From: Candidatus Flemingiibacterium sp.
Lineage (GTDB): Bacteria > Bacillota > Clostridia > Oscillospirales > CAG-272
Reading direction: 5' to 3'
Assembly (NCBI GenBank): GCA_045587285.1
Contig: JAZNBZ010000160.1
Span: 1-57,627 of the forward strand
DNA: 57,627 bases
Positions 53,867-57,627 of the stretch are shown here, in pieces. Position 1 is the first letter of the stretch; each line of letters opens with the position of its first letter. The translations under genes and the position numbers were made by a program. The notes beneath the pieces were generated by a model. That model was given only the letters and a program-made list of their open reading frames with translations. It was not told the DNA's origin and did not search any database.

Positions 53867-53868
53867 TT

Positions 53869-54480
53869 TTATCTCGCTATCTTTTTGTTGTAGTAGTCCA
53901 CAACGCGTGTGATGACCGTGCCGAGAGCGATGTTGACGATAAATTCAACGATGAAGTTCAAGCCGATCCAAGTGAGGAAGAGAAGTGCCATAGGCGACTG
54001 ACCGTCGGTGGCAGAGCCCTCGAGGAAACCGTAGAAAATTGTGATTATTCCGAGTGCGAACAGACCTGTGTTCGTGATGGGCGTGAGCGCGCTTGCGGTT
54101 AAGGTGGCTACGGTGGGCTTTTTCTTAGAAATAGGTCTGTATACAAGACCTGCAACCGCTCCTGCGACAGTGCCCTTCAAAAGGCAAAGAACTGTCGTGC
54201 CGATGGCGTTGTAGTTCATCATTGCTTGAATAAAGCCGCCGTCCCAGCCCATAAGACCGGTTACGTAAACGACCGCGCTGAAAATAAATCCGAGAAATGC
54301 GCCGCATTTCCAACCGTATATTGCCGCGCCGACGATTATCGGCGTGAGCGCGAGGGTAATAGAAAAAGGACCGAATTTAATGAACGTACAGACGATCTGA
54401 AGGGCGATGACTATCGCCGCCAGAATAGCGTACATTGCCATTTTGCGGACCTTTTCGTGAGAGCTTGTGCGTGTATTCAT
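53869..54480 (-). CDS. ECF transporter S component (candidate pantothenate-specific, PanT-like)
   Basis: 203 aa with 6 hydrophobic segments. GGAGG RBS. It ends 2 nt before the coaX-like start. The substrate is inferred only from this linkage. Confidence 0.6.
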   Translation of the reverse strand: MNTRTSSHEKVRKMAMYAILAAIVIALQIVCTFIKFGPFSITLALTPIIVGAAIYGWKCGAFLGFIFSAVVYVTGLMGWDGGFIQAMMNYNAIGTTVLCLLKGTVAGAVAGLVYRPISKKKPTVATLTASALTPITNTGLFALGIITIFYGFLEGSATDGQSPMALLFLTWIGLNFIVEFIVNIALGTVITRVVDYYNKKIAR

Positions 54481-54556
54481 AATTCCTCCTGCTGCCGTTC
54501 ACGCTTTGCGTGATACAGCGCAAATTTTATTTCACGGACAGTACCGTGATGAGAAC

Positions 54557-54585
54557 ATTATACTCCGTCGCGGCGAAGTTGTCAA
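54557..54585 (-). promoter_or_regulatory. consensus promoter of the ECF-S/coaX-like operon
   Basis: On the minus strand: TTGACA (54585-54580), 17-nt spacer, TATAAT (54562-54557). Confidence 0.65.
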
Positions 54586-54655
54586 GAGAAAATTAAGCCT
54601 GAGAGCGGATACTTTAATTTTTCTCAAAAAATCTACTGTTTGTCGCCGTTTTCGG

Positions 54656-54684
54656 TTGACAAATCTATTTAATTGAGTTATAAT
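54656..54684 (+). promoter_or_regulatory. consensus promoter of the yicC-remA-gmk cluster
   Basis: TTGACA at 54656-54661, 17-nt spacer, TATAAT at 54679-54684. Confidence 0.65.
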
Positions 54685-54732
54685 ATATTATATAACTAAA
54701 AATATGCCCATTTTGGCGAAAGGAATTTTGAA

Positions 54733-55626
54733 ATGGTACGCAGTATGACTGCCTTCGGCAGAGCAACCTCTGTCGGAAACGAAAGCGGTAAAAATATAAC
54801 CGCAGAGCTTAAAAGCGTAAACAACCGATATCTCGACTGCACGGTCAAGATCTCGCGTATGTACAGCTTTCTTGAGGACAGGATCCGTCAGTACGTACAG
54901 CAGAGCGGTATAGCGAGAGGTAAGCTCGATGTATATATCGGCGTGGAGGTGGTCGAGAATGTCGGTATGACGATAAACATCGACCGCGCAGTAGCCGAAA
55001 GCTATATAAACGCGCTGAAGGCACTCCGAGATGAGTTCGGACTCAAAGACGACATCACCGTTATGAGCGTGGCGCAGAACCGCGACGTATTTACGGTAAC
55101 CAAGCCTGAGGAGGATATGGAGCGCGATTGGCTTATCATAAAGCCCGTGCTTGACGAGGCTATCGCGGCGTTCATTAAGGTGCGCGAGGCGGAGGGCGAG
55201 CGTCTGAAGGCTGACATAATGGACAAACTTCAGAAGATCGAGGCGCTTGTTGCCAAGATCAAGGAATATTCCGAGGACGACATTTCCTCTTATCGCACAA
55301 AGTTTGAAACGCGTCTAAAGACGCTTCTCGCGGAGAATGCAGTAGAATTAAACCCGAATATGGTGCTGACCGAGTGCGCGATATACGCAGACCGCGTGGC
55401 TATCGACGAGGAGCTCGTTCGCCTCGGCTGTCACTTCAAGGCGATGCGCGAGATCTTCGAGGCAAACGAGCCTATCGGACGCAAGCTCGACTTTATGATG
55501 CAGGAGATGAACCGCGAAACCAACACCATCGGCTCAAAGGCGAGCAACGTGGACGTCGCGGCAATCGTGGTCGATATCAAGAGCGAGCTCGAAAAGATAC
55601 GCGAGCAGATACAGAACATCGAATAA
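54733..55626 (+). CDS. YicC/YloC family endoribonuclease-like protein
   Basis: MTAFGRA...[11 protein letters not shown]...[11 protein letters not shown], the signature of the YicC N- and C-terminal domains. Confidence 0.85.
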   Translation: MVRSMTAFGRATSVGNESGKNITAELKSVNNRYLDCTVKISRMYSFLEDRIRQYVQQSGIARGKLDVYIGVEVVENVGMTINIDRAVAESYINALKALRDEFGLKDDITVMSVAQNRDVFTVTKPEEDMERDWLIIKPVLDEAIAAFIKVREAEGERLKADIMDKLQKIEALVAKIKEYSEDDISSYRTKFETRLKTLLAENAVELNPNMVLTECAIYADRVAIDEELVRLGCHFKAMREIFEANEPIGRKLDFMMQEMNRETNTIGSKASNVDVAAIVVDIKSELEKIREQIQNIE

Positions 55627-55646
55627 GGGCGCGAGGTGAGAGAATT

Positions 55647-55919
55647 ATGAAATTCATAAACGTTGGCTTTGGAAATATGGTTGCCGCCGAGCGCGTGGTT
55701 GCCGTGGTAAGCCCCGACAGCGCTCCGATAAAGCGCCTTATTCAGGACTCAAAGGATAACGGCAGAGCAATTGACGTGACGTGCGGTAAGCGTACGCGCG
55801 CGGTGATAATCACCGACAGCGAGCACGTTATTTTGTCCGCGTTCCAGTCCGAAACGATATCCAACCGCCTGTCCGACCGTGACGAGGGCGAGGACGACGA
55901 GATCGACGAGGTTGTTTAA
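55647..55919 (+). CDS. remA: RemA/YlzA (DUF370) regulatory protein
   Basis: [65 protein letters not shown]. This is the in-frame internal start of track ORF 55374-55919, with a GAGGTGAG RBS. Confidence 0.85.
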   Translation: MKFINVGFGNMVAAERVVAVVSPDSAPIKRLIQDSKDNGRAIDVTCGKRTRAVIITDSEHVILSAFQSETISNRLSDRDEGEDDEIDEVV

Positions 55920-55923
55920 GACT

Positions 55924-56535
55924 ATGAAAAAGGGAATTCTAATCGTTATATCAGGCCCGTCCGGCAGCGGAAAGGGTACTGTCATCAAGCGTATTATGGA
56001 GTACGACCGCAGCTTCATCTATTCCGTGTCCGCGACGACGCGTGCACCGAGAGTGGGCGAAAAGCACGGCGTGAACTACTACTTCATCGACCGCGAGGAT
56101 TTTGAAGAGCGCATTTCGGCGGATATGATGCTCGAGCACGCAGAGTACTGCGGCAACTATTACGGCACGCCGAAAAAGGAGGTCGAGGAAAGCCTCGCGG
56201 CAGGTCACAACGTGATACTCGAGATAGAGGTCGAGGGAGCGATGCAAATAAAGAAAAAGTGTCCCGACGCGCTTCTCGTTATGATAGCGCCGCCCGATTT
56301 TGAAACGCTAGAGGCAAGGCTTCGCGGCAGAGGCGACGACGTTTCGGAGGACGTTATCCAAAAGCGTCTTACCACCGCCAAAAAGGAGCTTAACAAACTC
56401 GGTGAATACGACTACATCGTGGTCAACGGCGACAATACGGTCGATGAGACCGCGCACGATATAATCGGCATCGTGTACGCACAGACGCATCACGTGTCGA
56501 GAAACGAAGATTTTACGAGTAAATTTTTCGCCTGA
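55924..56535 (+). CDS. gmk: guanylate kinase
   Basis: ATG at 55924. ISGPSGSGKGT P-loop, SATTRAPR, and YYGT. Confidence 0.9.
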   Translation: MKKGILIVISGPSGSGKGTVIKRIMEYDRSFIYSVSATTRAPRVGEKHGVNYYFIDREDFEERISADMMLEHAEYCGNYYGTPKKEVEESLAAGHNVILEIEVEGAMQIKKKCPDALLVMIAPPDFETLEARLRGRGDDVSEDVIQKRLTTAKKELNKLGEYDYIVVNGDNTVDETAHDIIGIVYAQTHHVSRNEDFTSKFFA

Positions 56536-56726
56536 TAAGGCGTAAGCACAAAGAAATGAGGTACTGGCGTGAAGGCTTATTTAGCTTGAAAAGCAAAGTT
56601 GGCTGTTCACGCACCGAAATTCAAATTAAAAATGGGACCCAACCCATTTTTGTTCGCAGAGCGAACACATTTAAATTTCAAAAAATATTTTGTACAGCCG
56701 CTGTAGCGGCAGAATGGAGATAACAA

Positions 56727-57011
56727 ATGATCTATCCTTCCGTAGAAGAACTCAGCCAGGACGGCAAATTCAATCGCTATATGCTTTGCATCGCAACCGC
56801 TAAATGCGCGCGTCTCGTTACCGACGAGTACGTTCACCAGCGCGAGCAGGCGGAAAAGCTTATCGCAAACAAGGAGACCGACAAGTCGCTCGCTTCGATG
56901 ATCAAGCGCGATATCCGCGACGAAAAGGCGGTCAAGAATGCGCTTAACCGTATTCGTCAGGGCGAATACAGAATCAACGAGGACACTATTGACCTTACCG
57001 GCGGCAACTGA
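56727..57011 (+). CDS. rpoZ: DNA-directed RNA polymerase subunit omega
   Basis: 94 aa. NRYMLCIATAKCARLV is typical of RpoZ. It sits in the conserved gmk-rpoZ context. Confidence 0.8.
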   Translation: MIYPSVEELSQDGKFNRYMLCIATAKCARLVTDEYVHQREQAEKLIANKETDKSLASMIKRDIRDEKAVKNALNRIRQGEYRINEDTIDLTGGN

Positions 57012-57627
57012 TGAGCGCTGAATGCACGAGAGGGACGGTTGCCGGAGTACGCATACTCGAGCTTCCGTATTCTGCCGACCGTGCGTACGACTATCGAATA
57101 CCGCCCGAGCTTTTGGGGCGGGTCAAGGTAGGCTCGCTCGTGTCGGTGAGCTTCGGCTCGCTTCGCCGTACGGCGATAGTAACGCATATCGCCGACACCT
57201 CGGAATACGACAATTTAAAGCCCGTGACGGCACTCGCAGACGATACTTTTTCGATTTCCGGGGAGCTTCTCGGGCTGTGCGCGTTTTTATGTGAGCGGAC
57301 GTTTTGCTCGTTTGGCGAGGCGGTTCAGACCGTGCTCCCGAGCGGAGCAGCACACTCGCTCTTTCGCCAAAAACGCGATCCCGTCGAGCGATTTTACCGT
57401 GTCGCCACCGACACAAGTGAGCTTCGGCTCGGTGCGGCGGAGGCTCGCGCGGTAGAATTTATCGCAGACGGTGAGCGCAGTGCGACCGAGCTTAAATCGG
57501 CGGCAAGCGTGTCGGCGGCGACGCTTAAAAATATGGTCGCGAAGGGCATACTTTCGCTTCGCGAGTGCGCCGCTTTTCGCAACCCGTACAAGGGGCGCGG
57601 AAGGATAACGGACGACAATACTTTGAG
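57011..57627 (+). CDS. priA: primosomal protein N' (PriA), N-terminal 205 codons; continues beyond the window end
   Basis: Absent from the ORF track because the frame is open-ended. The ATG at 57011 overlaps the rpoZ stop (TGATG). MSAECTRGTVAGVRILELPYSADRAYDYRIPPELLGRVKVGSLVSVSFGSLRRTAIV matches the PriA 3'-DNA-binding N-terminal pattern (fdY.vP......G..V.V.fg.r...g.v). Confidence 0.75.
   Translation, partial: MSAECTRGTVAGVRILELPYSADRAYDYRIPPELLGRVKVGSLVSVSFGSLRRTAIVTHIADTSEYDNLKPVTALADDTFSISGELLGLCAFLCERTFCSFGEAVQTVLPSGAAHSLFRQKRDPVERFYRVATDTSELRLGAAEARAVEFIADGERSATELKSAASVSAATLKNMVAKGILSLRECAAFRNPYKGRGRITDDNTL

Overview
This is a 57.6-kb chromosomal segment from a moderately high-GC, anaerobic, spore-forming Firmicute that looks Clostridia-like. 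Supporting genes are spoIVA, a ytvI-like gene, rnfCDGEAB, anaerobic nrdDG and stand-alone Spo0A C-terminal-domain proteins. I support about 47 protein genes, one tRNA-Gly, many consensus sigmaA-type promoters and many intrinsic terminators.

Two genes run off the window edges and are missing from the ORF track. I found them by reading the sequence: an EF-G-family GTPase (1-1476, minus strand) and priA (57011-end, plus strand). Most of the window is housekeeping: the Rnf complex, NrdDG, CysK, DapL, the yicC-remA-gmk-rpoZ-priA cluster, RluA, a PPTase and an LtaS-like gene.

Stretches worth a second look:
1. Four tandem paralogs (31.4-40.2 kb) of an unrecognised cytoplasmic protein of about 715 aa. 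Each has two HTH-like N-terminal modules, a barrel-like core with a Glu plus Cys4 motif reminiscent of GH42 enzymes, and a duplicated promoter. A GH42-like gene lies next to the array.
2. Three receiver-less Spo0A_C paralogs beside spoIVA, with helically phased tandem consensus 0A boxes (TGTCGAA) in the intergenic regions on both flanks of the cluster, plus a third (one exact, one degenerate) pair upstream of a small XRE regulator about 1.6 kb away.
3. Three back-to-back units of consensus promoter, short structured RNA and terminator, downstream of tRNA-Gly. A duplicated tRNA 3' end lies next to them.
4. A translationally coupled pair of large secreted S8 peptidases, one of which appears catalytically dead.
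5. A CoaX-like protein with degenerate ASKHA motifs, coupled to an ECF S-component.
6. Two MITE-like insertions of about 330 bp between convergent genes, and a dispersed GC-rich hairpin repeat family.

I saw no integrase, transposase, CRISPR array or cas gene. All family assignments come from motif recognition by eye. No database search was run.
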